A stretch of 21,617 nt of DNA from Thermodesulfovibrionales bacterium. Its GTDB lineage: Bacteria > Nitrospirota > Thermodesulfovibrionia > Thermodesulfovibrionales > UBA6898. The notes under the pieces are model-generated. The model did not search any database. It was not told the DNA's origin and saw nothing but the letters and a program-made list of their open reading frames with translations. The translations under genes were made by a program, and so were the position numbers. Shown here in pieces: positions 1 to 7,650 of this stretch. The stretch is taken from positions 1 to 21,617 of the forward strand of contig JBIOIY010000051.1 in the NCBI GenBank assembly GCA_044450345.1. Direction: 5' to 3'. Position 1 is the first letter of the stretch; the number at the start of each line of letters is the position of its first letter.

Positions 1-1624
1 ACCCTATCTGCACGCCCAATAAATTCCCATGATCTGCTGCGAGGCCGATGCCGAAGGGCGCTGCCTCGGCCAAGACTGGCGTGATTATCGGTACTGGAAT
101 AGGAGGCGTGATAGCAAAGGATTGTGCACCTGACGGAACAGGTATCGCTCCTGTATTAATAATAGCTTGTCCGATATTGTTCCCATTTTGTTCGGTAAAC
201 CAGAGGTTGCCGTCAGGACCAATTGCAATATTTCCAGGAGCGCTTGAATGAGTGGGGATAGTAAACTCCGTGATGACGCCCGCTGTTGTGCTCTGCGCGA
301 TTCTGTTTCCATTTGTTCCATGTACCGTAAACCAGAGGTTGCCGTCAGGGCCGAGCCTGATAGCCCTTGGGATACTGTTGGGAAGGGGGATAAGATACTC
401 GGTGATGACGCCCGCTGTCGTCATCTTCGCAATGCTATTCCCATTTTCTTCGCAAAACCAGAGGTTGCCGTCAGGGCCGTCTGCCATGCCATTAGGCTGG
501 CTGTTGGAGGTGGGGATTGGAAACTCGTTAAGAACCACTCCTGCCGGAGAGATCTGTCCGATCTTGTTTCCATTGTTTTCGGTAAACCAGATGTTGCCGT
601 CAGGACCGGTCCTGAGCGCCGTAGGTTGACTATTGGTAGTGGGGATCGGGAATTCTGTGATGACGCCGCCTGTAGTGATACGTCCGATATTATTCCCCAT
701 TTTTTCGGTGAACCAGAGGTTGCCGTCAGGGCCAATGGTGATCCCCGTGGGCTGGCTGTTGGCAGTAGGGACTGGAAACTCGTTGAGAATCACTCCTGCC
801 GGCGAGATCTGTCCAATGTTATTCCCCCCTTGTTCGGTAAACCAGAGGTTACCGTCAGGACCGTTTGCGACGACAACAGGCTGGCTGTTGGCAGTAGGGA
901 TCGGAAACTCCGTGATGACTCCCCCCGTGGTGATCCGGCCGATTTTGTTGCCACTGTTTTCCGTAAACCAGAGGTTGCCGTCAAGGCCAAGAGAAATCCT
1001 AAAAGGTGTGCTGCCAACAGTTGGAACAGGGAATTCGTTGAATGTGATGGCGCTGTCCACGTACATATCATCATAATTCACCTGATGGGAACCTGCGCTA
1101 TCAGCACTGTTTTGCCCTGTCAGCCAAACGGTTGTCGCGCCAGGTGGTGCGGTTAGGGAAGCCGAGTCAAGGGCTATCCAAGATCCGGTTGATGTTGTAA
1201 GTAGTTGAGAGGCAGAAATAAATCCGCTGGTACAATCTGCACCTGAAAACCACGAGATTGTAACGAGGCCGCCTCCTGTGATCAACTGGCCAGAGGGAAT
1301 AAATACCTTACCTCCAAATGTGTAGGTTTGCCCTGGGATAATGACTCCGGGTAGACACTGGTAAATTGCTAGCAATGTAGAGGTGCCGTTTGCATTGTAG
1401 ATACTTTTGGCGGATCCCGAACCAGGAGTACCAGTCGCATCGAGTGAGGCATCATATGTTGTTGAAGGATCAGCAAGCCATCCACTGAGATTGCCTTTGA
1501 AGCTGGGATTCGTGGCTAAGTTACCGGCGAATGCGGCTCCAGCAAGCCCTATCAGGATTGATAACGCAACGAGCATCAAGGTGGATAATACCAAAAAGCC
1601 TGATAATTTCTTCGTTATTCCCAT
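1..1624 (-). CDS. Secreted protein: signal peptide + CBM-like domain + 7-repeat Vgb (virginiamycin B lyase)-like beta-propeller + Pro-rich C-terminal region; 3' end outside the window
   Basis: Manual translation from ATG at 1624 (GGAGG SD at 1631-1635) is open to the window edge (541 codons). It reads MGITKKLSGFLVLSTLMLVALSILIGLAGAAFA|GNLATNPSFKGNLSGW...QVNYDDMYVD, then seven EFPxPT..xQP..GPDGNLWFTE..GNxIGxI repeats. Not in the ORF track because there is no stop in the window. Confidence 0.92.
   Translation of the reverse strand, partial: MGITKKLSGFLVLSTLMLVALSILIGLAGAAFAGNLATNPSFKGNLSGWLADPSTTYDASLDATGTPGSGSAKSIYNANGTSTLLAIYQCLPGVIIPGQTYTFGGKVFIPSGQLITGGGLVTISWFSGADCTSGFISASQLLTTSTGSWIALDSASLTAPPGATTVWLTGQNSADSAGSHQVNYDDMYVDSAITFNEFPVPTVGSTPFRISLGLDGNLWFTENSGNKIGRITTGGVITEFPIPTANSQPVVVANGPDGNLWFTEQGGNNIGQISPAGVILNEFPVPTANSQPTGITIGPDGNLWFTEKMGNNIGRITTGGVITEFPIPTTNSQPTALRTGPDGNIWFTENNGNKIGQISPAGVVLNEFPIPTSNSQPNGMADGPDGNLWFCEENGNSIAKMTTAGVITEYLIPLPNSIPRAIRLGPDGNLWFTVHGTNGNRIAQSTTAGVITEFTIPTHSSAPGNIAIGPDGNLWFTEQNGNNIGQAIINTGAIPVPSGAQSFAITPPIPVPIITPVLAEAAPFGIGLAADHGNLLGVQIG
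162..1051 (-). repeat. Seven ~126-132 bp coding tandem repeats (propeller blades)
   Basis: AAACCAGAGGTTGCCGTCAGG-like motif recurs near 197, 329, 455, 584, 711, 839 and 965 on the + strand; it encodes GPDGNLWF on the - strand. Confidence 0.9.
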
Positions 1625-1716
1625 ATCTTTCCTCCTATCCAGTCGGTTTACGGCTTCGAATTAAACATAATTAAGTCTGTCCTGAGTTTATTTATAATCA
1701 GTGGTGTACATTTCAA

Positions 1717-1744
1717 ATTATATAATACCTTGCAAAATTTGCAA
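1717..1744 (-). promoter_or_regulatory. Putative sigma70 promoter of the propeller gene, overlapped by an imperfect palindrome
   Basis: Minus strand reads TTGCAA (1744-1739), 16 bp, TATAAT (1722-1717). The dyad TTGCAAAATTTGCAA at 1730-1744 overlaps the -35. Confidence 0.5.
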
Positions 1745-1924
1745 TGGTAATCCGCTGGACCATGGCAAGACTGCGGTTGCGAACTTCAGGAAGGACGCTT
1801 CCCTCTCAACTTCACCGACGAGTCCGCAGTTTCGGACGGGTGAAACTCTATGAAGAGTACGAATGGAATATGAGACCTTTCAAACGGCGTGAGAACGTTT
1901 GTTATAGCCACCTACGTATAGATG

Positions 1925-1933
1925 TGGTATAAA
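1925..1933 (+). promoter_or_regulatory. Extended -10 (TGnTATAAA) in the IS left end; half of the circle-junction promoter
   Basis: TG at 1925-1926 and TATAAA at 1928-1933, lying 17 bp from the right-end TTGACA after circularisation at CAC. Confidence 0.75.
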
Positions 1934-1939
1934 GAGATT

Positions 1940-2090
1940 AGGGAAAGGCAGGAAGATATATTCAGCCTGGGTCATTGAACCCTGAGTAGTGTTTTGTCTC
2001 CTGCCTCCCGTAGCCATAATTAGTTGATTGGGTCACTGAACCCTCGTTACGCGGGTGGCTTGGCTGGGAGGCACATCCTGTCTTTCAAAA
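1940..2090 (+). ncRNA. Candidate IS110 bridge RNA (putative target-binding loop then donor-binding loop)
   Basis: Outer stem 1943-1953/2076-2086. Arm 1 stem 1954-1958/1995-1999; arm 2 stem 2002-2016/2061-2073. Each arm is capped by TGGGTCAYTGAACCCT (1968-1983, 2029-2044). Loop 2 strands match the element's ends. Boundaries are estimated by hand. Confidence 0.8.
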
Positions 2091-2110
2091 ACTAATGCAG
2101 GAGGTGTAGT

Positions 2111-3298
2111 ATGACTCGGCTATTTGTCGGCATTGATGTCTCTAAGGATTCATCGTCTTCACGGGGGCTTGGTGACAATGCTGAGGACCGGTTCGCCACA
2201 ATCTTTGACATGAACTCAGAGGGATTTGCAAAGCTGTATAAAGCCATTACAGAGCATTGTACAGACATATCAGAGGTCATGGTGGCTATGGAGTCCACGG
2301 CATGCTACCACATCAATCTATTTTCTTTCTTGACCGCGAAGGGTATTCACACGGTTATCATCAACCCGCTGCTGATCGCCAACTTCTCGAAGCTTTCACT
2401 CAGGAAGACAAAGACGGACAAGAAGGATGCCCTTACCATTGCCCAATTCCTCATGTCTCACAAGGACACGATCACACAGCTGTCAGTACCCCCGGATCTT
2501 CAGGATCTCAGGGATATAGCCAGAGAGAGGGAATCGGTGATCCAGATGATCTCTACGCAGACCGTTGAGATGAAAAGGCTGCTGCAGACCACGTTTCCCG
2601 AGTTGGAAAAGCTCTGCAATATTACAACCAAGGTCATGATCGACTTCATAGAGGAATTTCCCTCTGCCCGCTTGGTCAGGGCCGCCAAGCCAAAGATAAT
2701 AGAAAAAGCCTTAAATAGGAAAGGTGTGCGTAGCAGATTGACCTTCACTGTAGATGATATCATCAGGGCTGCCAGGAACTCTGTTGCAACGGTAAGTCCG
2801 GGGAAGGAACTGATTCTGAAGGGCAAGGTGTCTACGTTTCAGCACCTGGGAAAAAGGCGTGACGAGCTCACAAAAGCTCTTACCGAATACTGTAAGCATA
2901 CGATGATCGAGGATCTCAAGATCGTCACTTCCATTACGGGAATAAATAAAGGCACGGCGACTACATTTCTTGCAGAGGTGGGAAGCATAGACAAGTACGC
3001 ATCTCATAAGAAGTTGATTGCCTTCGCCGGCATCGATCCAGCTGTTTATCAATCCGGCAAATATGAAGGAACAGGGAGGATATCTAAACGCGGCAACCGT
3101 CACCTTAGAAGAATCATCTGGCTCATGACAAGAAACGTGATACAGCACAATTCACTTTTCAGGGCGTTCTTTTTAAAGAAACGGAGAGAAGGACAAGCAT
3201 ACAAAAAAGCTATGTTTGCCACATCGCACAAACTGATCAGGGTTGTTTTCGCCCTGCTCTCAAAAAAAATTTATTTCGACCAGACTGTGCATAGTTGA
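2111..3298 (+). CDS. IS110-family transposase/recombinase (RuvC-like DEDD domain + Transposase_20 domain), 395 aa
   Basis: GIDVSK (D9), AMEST (E61), KTDKKD (D103, D106); C-terminal FAGIDPAVYQSGK with the conserved Ser and SKRGNRHLRR; SD AGGAGGTG at 2099-2106. Confidence 0.97.
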   Translation: MTRLFVGIDVSKDSSSSRGLGDNAEDRFATIFDMNSEGFAKLYKAITEHCTDISEVMVAMESTACYHINLFSFLTAKGIHTVIINPLLIANFSKLSLRKTKTDKKDALTIAQFLMSHKDTITQLSVPPDLQDLRDIARERESVIQMISTQTVEMKRLLQTTFPELEKLCNITTKVMIDFIEEFPSARLVRAAKPKIIEKALNRKGVRSRLTFTVDDIIRAARNSVATVSPGKELILKGKVSTFQHLGKRRDELTKALTEYCKHTMIEDLKIVTSITGINKGTATTFLAEVGSIDKYASHKKLIAFAGIDPAVYQSGKYEGTGRISKRGNRHLRRIIWLMTRNVIQHNSLFRAFFLKKRREGQAYKKAMFATSHKLIRVVFALLSKKIYFDQTVHS

Positions 3299-3300
3299 CA
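3295..3300 (+). promoter_or_regulatory. Consensus -35 (TTGACA) at the IS right end, overlapping the transposase stop codon
   Basis: TTGACA 3295-3300 includes the TGA stop (3296-3298) and the first two core bases. Confidence 0.75.
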
Positions 3301-3432
3301 CAAGGTCGCACTCCTTCCGATAAATAGCGAGTAATATTTTCGGGTTCAAAGATGCATTCCTCTATCATAACGCCCGTGCCTCACCAGACATAGCGCTCAC
3401 AGAAGATGCCTTAGTTGTCGGTAAGGGGCAAC

Positions 3433-3924
3433 TTAAAGAGCCTTTTTTTTTGCTGGCAGGAAAAGATCTGACGTAAGGGGTTCTGATAGGTCGAAGCGTT
3501 TTTCACATTCCGTAAGCCATGCCAAAAGAGTGGAGATGAGCAGAGGTTTGGGGAAGAAATTGCATCCCAATACCGCCGCACACTTTCTAAGCTCCGAATC
3601 TTCACTTCCCGTCATCAAGGCCTTGTTCTTACTCGTAAGTTTGCAGCCTCCATGATGCTGCATCTCAAGCAATTCCATCCCTGTCATATCGGGCATGTCA
3701 TAATCAGTTATGAGAATATCTGTACAACGGTTATGCTGCGGGCAACTGTCAGCATGCTCCCTATAGAAAGCGCAGGTGATGGGAGTATCAGCTGTCAAAA
3801 CTTCATAGCCCATCCCTTCCAGGATATGTCTAAAGACATCCAGAATCGTATCGTCATCATCACACACTATAGCTCGTGGCTTTCGCATAAGCTGATTGTT
3901 GCATTTACTTTGGTACGGTTTCAT
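3433..3924 (-). CDS. Stand-alone response regulator receiver with Cys-rich insert
   Basis: IVCDDDD acidic pocket, ILITDYDMP phosphoacceptor, MTG and FPKP motifs. The start could be the later Met (MRKPRAIV). Confidence 0.88.
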   Translation of the reverse strand: MKPYQSKCNNQLMRKPRAIVCDDDDTILDVFRHILEGMGYEVLTADTPITCAFYREHADSCPQHNRCTDILITDYDMPDMTGMELLEMQHHGGCKLTSKNKALMTGSEDSELRKCAAVLGCNFFPKPLLISTLLAWLTECEKRFDLSEPLTSDLFLPAKKKAL

Positions 3925-4037
3925 GTCCTAACTGCCGTACAAAGACGACATTTTTCTATGTCGATGAGATAGTCGATAAGTGTTTGTCCTCCTCTTGAAG
4001 GCAGTGTTTTATTGTCAAATTTGTAGCCGTCACTATC

Positions 4038-4427
4038 TCAGTGATGTTCTGCTGCCTTTGCAGCATCGGCTTCGGCTTTTGTCTTATGCACCGTTCCGTC
4101 AGGATGATTGGGAGGAGAGTAAAGTGTATATAGTTTAAGGGGTATAACTGAAGAAGCGTTGATTACATTATGGTATGTGCCGGCTGGTACTACAACTGCA
4201 TCACCTTCACTGACCGCGTGTTCTTGCCTGCCGTCAAAGACGAATTTGGCCGTTCCCTGTTCTATCCTAAAGAACTGATCGACGTTCTGGTGTACTTCAG
4301 TGCCGATTTCCTCCGTGGGCTGCAAACACATAACTACAAGCTGACTATGCTTACCCGTAAATAATACCTGCCGAAAATTGCAGTTGTCCATGGTTGCTTG
4401 CTCAATAAATCCTATATAGGGTTTCAT
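4038..4427 (-). CDS. Cupin-domain protein
   Basis: EIGTEVHQNVDQFFRIEQG and GDAVVVPAGTYHNVIN cupin motifs; GAGGAG SD upstream. Confidence 0.92.
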   Translation of the reverse strand: MKPYIGFIEQATMDNCNFRQVLFTGKHSQLVVMCLQPTEEIGTEVHQNVDQFFRIEQGTAKFVFDGRQEHAVSEGDAVVVPAGTYHNVINASSVIPLKLYTLYSPPNHPDGTVHKTKAEADAAKAAEHH

Positions 4428-4525
4428 CTTTCATATCTCCTCGTTATTTTTATATGTACGATGTATCGCCTTTTAAAGAGTAGTGAAATATCAGTTGCCG
4501 AAGGCACCTTATCTATAACCTTGTA

Positions 4526-5608
4526 TCAAAGACCTTCAGGATAAAGTGCAGGTTGGTGCATTGAACTAACGATTAGTGAAGGACAAAATAGTTGAGAGTA
4601 TCTTTTATCTGCCTCCACCAAGGCATCCACCAAACGAGGATCGAATTGTTTCCCAGCGCAGCGCAATAACTCTGCGATTGCCTCATCATGGCCTGCGGCG
4701 GATCGATAGGGTCTCACCGACAAAATGGCATCGTAGGTATCCGCGACAGAGATTATCCTTGCAAATAAAGGAATATTTTCCCTCGATAAACCAGATGGGT
4801 AACCGGACCCGTCATAATTTTCATGGTGGTGCAATATTATGGGAAGTATGAATTCGAAATGTTGTATGGGCTTCAGTATCTCAACCCCTTTTGCGGGATG
4901 ATTCATTATAATATTTTTTTCTTCTTCATTAAGCGGTCCCTTTTTGCCTAAAACAAAATCGCTGATGCCGATCTTGCCTATATCGTGCAGCATTGCAGCT
5001 GCCTTTAGTTCCTCCCTTTCGTTCTCCTGCAGGTCGAGGGTCGCCGCGATCAACCCGGAGCAATAACTTACCCTCCTGCAATGACCGTATGTCCCCATAT
5101 CCTTTTTCTCTATTGCCTGAGCAAGAGACGCAAGGACAGAAAAATATACTTTTTTTAACTCCTCTGTCTTCCTATTTACTTCCAATGTAAGCATCGATAA
5201 CAGTTCTTTCTTCTGTAAGTCGAGTTCCCGCTTCTTATTTATATAATCAATGCTCCTTAACAGGTCGGCAAGGGAGAAAGGTTTTATTATAAAATCGGAT
5301 GCGCCCTTCTTCAGAGATTCGACCGCAAGGTCAGTGCTCCCATTGGCCGTGATGATCACGGAATAAAGTCCGGGGTCTATGTCAGCGAGCCGTTGTATAA
5401 GGTCAAGTCCCCTCGCGTGGCCGAGGAACTGGTCAACAAACGCAATATCGAATTTTTCCTCTGAGGCCAGTTTGACGGCAGCATCGAACCTCGGGGCTGT
5501 CCTCACATAATATCCCTGACCTTCAAGCAGCATTGAAAAAGAATCTAAAATCCTCTCTTCATCGTCCACTATCAGTATTCGTGTATTTTCCATTTTGTTG
5601 CCCTTCAT
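4526..5608 (-). CDS. Response regulator with HD-GYP domain (RpfG-like putative c-di-GMP phosphodiesterase)
   Basis: N-terminal REC (IVDDE, FVD, ITA, KP); KDMGTYGH, LHDIGK, HHHENYDGSGYP, ADTYDA and GKQFDP motifs. The start may be the second Met (MENTRIL). Confidence 0.95.
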   Translation of the reverse strand: MKGNKMENTRILIVDDEERILDSFSMLLEGQGYYVRTAPRFDAAVKLASEEKFDIAFVDQFLGHARGLDLIQRLADIDPGLYSVIITANGSTDLAVESLKKGASDFIIKPFSLADLLRSIDYINKKRELDLQKKELLSMLTLEVNRKTEELKKVYFSVLASLAQAIEKKDMGTYGHCRRVSYCSGLIAATLDLQENEREELKAAAMLHDIGKIGISDFVLGKKGPLNEEEKNIIMNHPAKGVEILKPIQHFEFILPIILHHHENYDGSGYPSGLSRENIPLFARIISVADTYDAILSVRPYRSAAGHDEAIAELLRCAGKQFDPRLVDALVEADKRYSQLFCPSLIVSSMHQPALYPEGL

Positions 5609-5692
5609 ATTAAGCTGATATTGGGTCCAGCCCTGTTCTTTTAAGAACCCGAGATTGTTGCTTTTAATTCACAAGACAGGTTTTGTTCCTCA

Positions 5693-6154
5693 TTAGTTTG
5701 TCCTCATTGCTACGTTTATTGTCATTTCTCCATATTCAGTGAACAAGGGGATATGGAAGGCCTCAACGCCAAATGCTCTTCCCATCATGTGGTTTCTTGT
5801 GACAACCAGAGGTGGTGAGAGCGTAAAGTCAAAACCCATATCATTGAGCACACTTGTGGTATTCCCTGCAATCATGTTTGCCAGTTCCGCAATGGCGTCC
5901 ATTCCGGCAGGTGACAATATTTTGTAAGTTTCCCCGAACATAGCACTGCATACCCCCAGCGCGGTATCTACGGGCATACTCAGGATAATGCTTCCGTCGG
6001 CATTACCCTGAAGTCTTACGATGATGGCAACATCCTCTGTTATCGTATCGTTTTTTACCAGAGAAACAGCTCCCTTGGTTATATCGCACTGGATGACTTT
6101 GTCAAGGACTCTCATCGTTGTGTTGACAAAGGGCTCTATATATTCGTATCGCAT
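5693..6154 (-). CDS. cheX: Chemotaxis phosphatase CheX
   Basis: YIEPF N-terminus, AIAELANMIAGN (ExxN active motif), SPP; located after cheY. Confidence 0.92.
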   Translation of the reverse strand: MRYEYIEPFVNTTMRVLDKVIQCDITKGAVSLVKNDTITEDVAIIVRLQGNADGSIILSMPVDTALGVCSAMFGETYKILSPAGMDAIAELANMIAGNTTSVLNDMGFDFTLSPPLVVTRNHMMGRAFGVEAFHIPLFTEYGEMTINVAMRTN

Positions 6155-6155
6155 T

Positions 6156-6566
6156 TCAAGCCTCCTTCCTTTTTTGCGAAAGGACCGATTTGATGATCAT
6201 GATAGCGTAATCAGGGGCATATGGCTTGTTGAAAAAATGCTTTGCCCCAAGACAGACTGCCTTCCACATCATTTCTTTGTGTCCCAGGGAACTCACTATG
6301 ATTACGACTGCGCCACTGTCCTTTTCCCTGATTTTTCTAAGCGCCTCTATGCCGTCGAGCTCAGGCATGGTGATATCCATCAGCACAAGATCGGGATTAA
6401 GCTGCTCGTAAAGTTTAATCGCCTCCATCCCGTTTTTAGCCTCGCCTATTACACGGCCGCCAATTCGGGAAACTACTTTTCCCATGTTTTTTCTGGCAAA
6501 CAGTGAGTCGTCGGCAACAAGGCACGTAAATTCCATGTCGACGTTATCACGTTCTAACTGTTCCAT
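6156..6566 (-). CDS. cheY: CheY-like receiver
   Basis: VADDSLFARK, LMDITMPELDG, SSLG and KP motifs; AAGGAG SD before 6566; lies between cheB and cheX. Confidence 0.9.
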   Translation of the reverse strand: MEQLERDNVDMEFTCLVADDSLFARKNMGKVVSRIGGRVIGEAKNGMEAIKLYEQLNPDLVLMDITMPELDGIEALRKIREKDSGAVVIIVSSLGHKEMMWKAVCLGAKHFFNKPYAPDYAIMIIKSVLSQKRKEA

Positions 6567-7650
6567 ATTCCTTCTCCTTTTTCATAAAATGGTTGACCAA
6601 AAAAACTCCCATATCCTCGAGGGACACGATCCGCTTTATATATCTCTTATCGATTGCTGCTTTCGGCATACCAAAGACAACGCAGCTTTCTTCATCCTGT
6701 GCGACGCTCAAGCCGCCTTTTGCCATTATTTCGCCGATACCCTCGGCTCCGTCGCTTCCCATGCCGGTCATAATCAGCCCGGTTGCGCGTCTACCGTATT
6801 CCGAGGCAACTGAATGAAACAGAGCGTCCGCTGACGGCCGGTGGCCGTTTAAATGCGGTGCGTTACTGAGGACTGCAATAGTACCGAGAGGGTTTCTTCT
6901 GATCTTGAGGTGCCTGTCACCGGGCGCAATCAACGCCCGCCCCGCCGATACCAGGTCTCCGTCCATCGCTTCTTTCACCTCTATCTGGCATATGCTGTTC
7001 AGTCTTTTGGCAAACATATCCGTAAATCCAGCCGGCATATGCTGGACAATGACAATCGCGGCAGGAAAGTCCTTAGGGAGCTGGGGAAGCAGATAGCTAA
7101 GGGCGTTCGGTCCTCCTGTTGATATGCCTATGGCAAGCACGTCCTCGAACGGTTTTCCCTCGAAAAATCGCTGTTCATCTCTTCTTAGGACCGCCGGTCG
7201 TTTTAATTCATTTGAGCGCTGAATTTTCTTGATCTTCAGTTTTGCAAGGGGATTTCCGTGGGCTGCCTTCACCTTTTCGACGATCTCATATTTTATGTCA
7301 TTTATATGTATGGAAATGGCATCCTGCGGTTTTGTGACAAAATCGAAGGCGCCGGCTTCAAGTGCCTGTAGAGTCAGTTCGGCATCTCTCTGCGTGAGGG
7401 AACTGACTATGATTGTCGGAATTCCAAAGTCCTGCACGATGTGTCTGAGAGTTTCAATGCCGTCCATTCTCGGCATATTTACATCGAGGGTTATCACGTC
7501 AGGGGCCAGTTCCTCTATCTTTTTCAGGGCAAAGAGACCGTCCATTGCAGTGCCTATGACTTCTATCTCAGGGTCGGAACTGAGTATCAGAGGGATCATT
7601 TTCCTCATGAGCGCTGAATCATCAACCACGAGGACCCTTATCTTTCTCAT
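6547..7650 (-). CDS. cheB: Chemotaxis response regulator methylesterase CheB
   Basis: REC domain plus GISTGGP, QHMP and MTGMGSDGA catalytic motifs. Confidence 0.97.
   Translation of the reverse strand: MRKIRVLVVDDSALMRKMIPLILSSDPEIEVIGTAMDGLFALKKIEELAPDVITLDVNMPRMDGIETLRHIVQDFGIPTIIVSSLTQRDAELTLQALEAGAFDFVTKPQDAISIHINDIKYEIVEKVKAAHGNPLAKLKIKKIQRSNELKRPAVLRRDEQRFFEGKPFEDVLAIGISTGGPNALSYLLPQLPKDFPAAIVIVQHMPAGFTDMFAKRLNSICQIEVKEAMDGDLVSAGRALIAPGDRHLKIRRNPLGTIAVLSNAPHLNGHRPSADALFHSVASEYGRRATGLIMTGMGSDGAEGIGEIMAKGGLSVAQDEESCVVFGMPKAAIDKRYIKRIVSLEDMGVFLVNHFMKKEKEYGTVRT

Larger units (their letters stand above)
1909..3301 (+). mobile_element. IS110-family insertion sequence with a left non-coding end, flanked by a repeated CAC core
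   Basis: Contains a DEDD recombinase. CAC is present at 1909-1911 and 3299-3301. Joining the ends gives TTGACA-17bp-TATAAA. No terminal inverted repeats were seen, as expected for the IS110 group. Confidence 0.88.

Noticed and set aside
190..990. Regularly spaced ~21-bp repeats resembling a CRISPR array
   Set aside because: The period of ~126-132 bp is a multiple of 3, spacers are mutually homologous and in frame within a CDS, and no cas genes are present.
48..1156. Plus-strand ORFs (48-251, 248-1156, 252-629, 633-1076) and short minus ORFs with repetitive sequence
   Set aside because: Antisense or off-frame shadows of the minus-strand propeller repeats; the real frame has an SD, signal peptide and recognisable motifs.
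1..1624. Streptogramin B resistance gene (vgb)
   Set aside because: Secreted multidomain protein with no Glu-Pro-His motif at the blade positions; only fold-level similarity is supported.
1744..1932. 62-aa ORF possibly interrupted by the IS (would end ...YSHKVALLPINSE* at the empty site)
   Set aside because: No SD, no recognisable motif and short; cannot be supported as a gene.
3295..3330. Outward-facing hybrid promoter from the IS right-end TTGACA
   Set aside because: No convincing -10 at 16-18 bp in the flank, and no plus-strand gene downstream.
3980..4000. Strong SD-like AGAGGAGG on the minus strand between cupin and receiver
   Set aside because: No start codon at suitable spacing, and an in-frame stop separates it from the receiver ORF.
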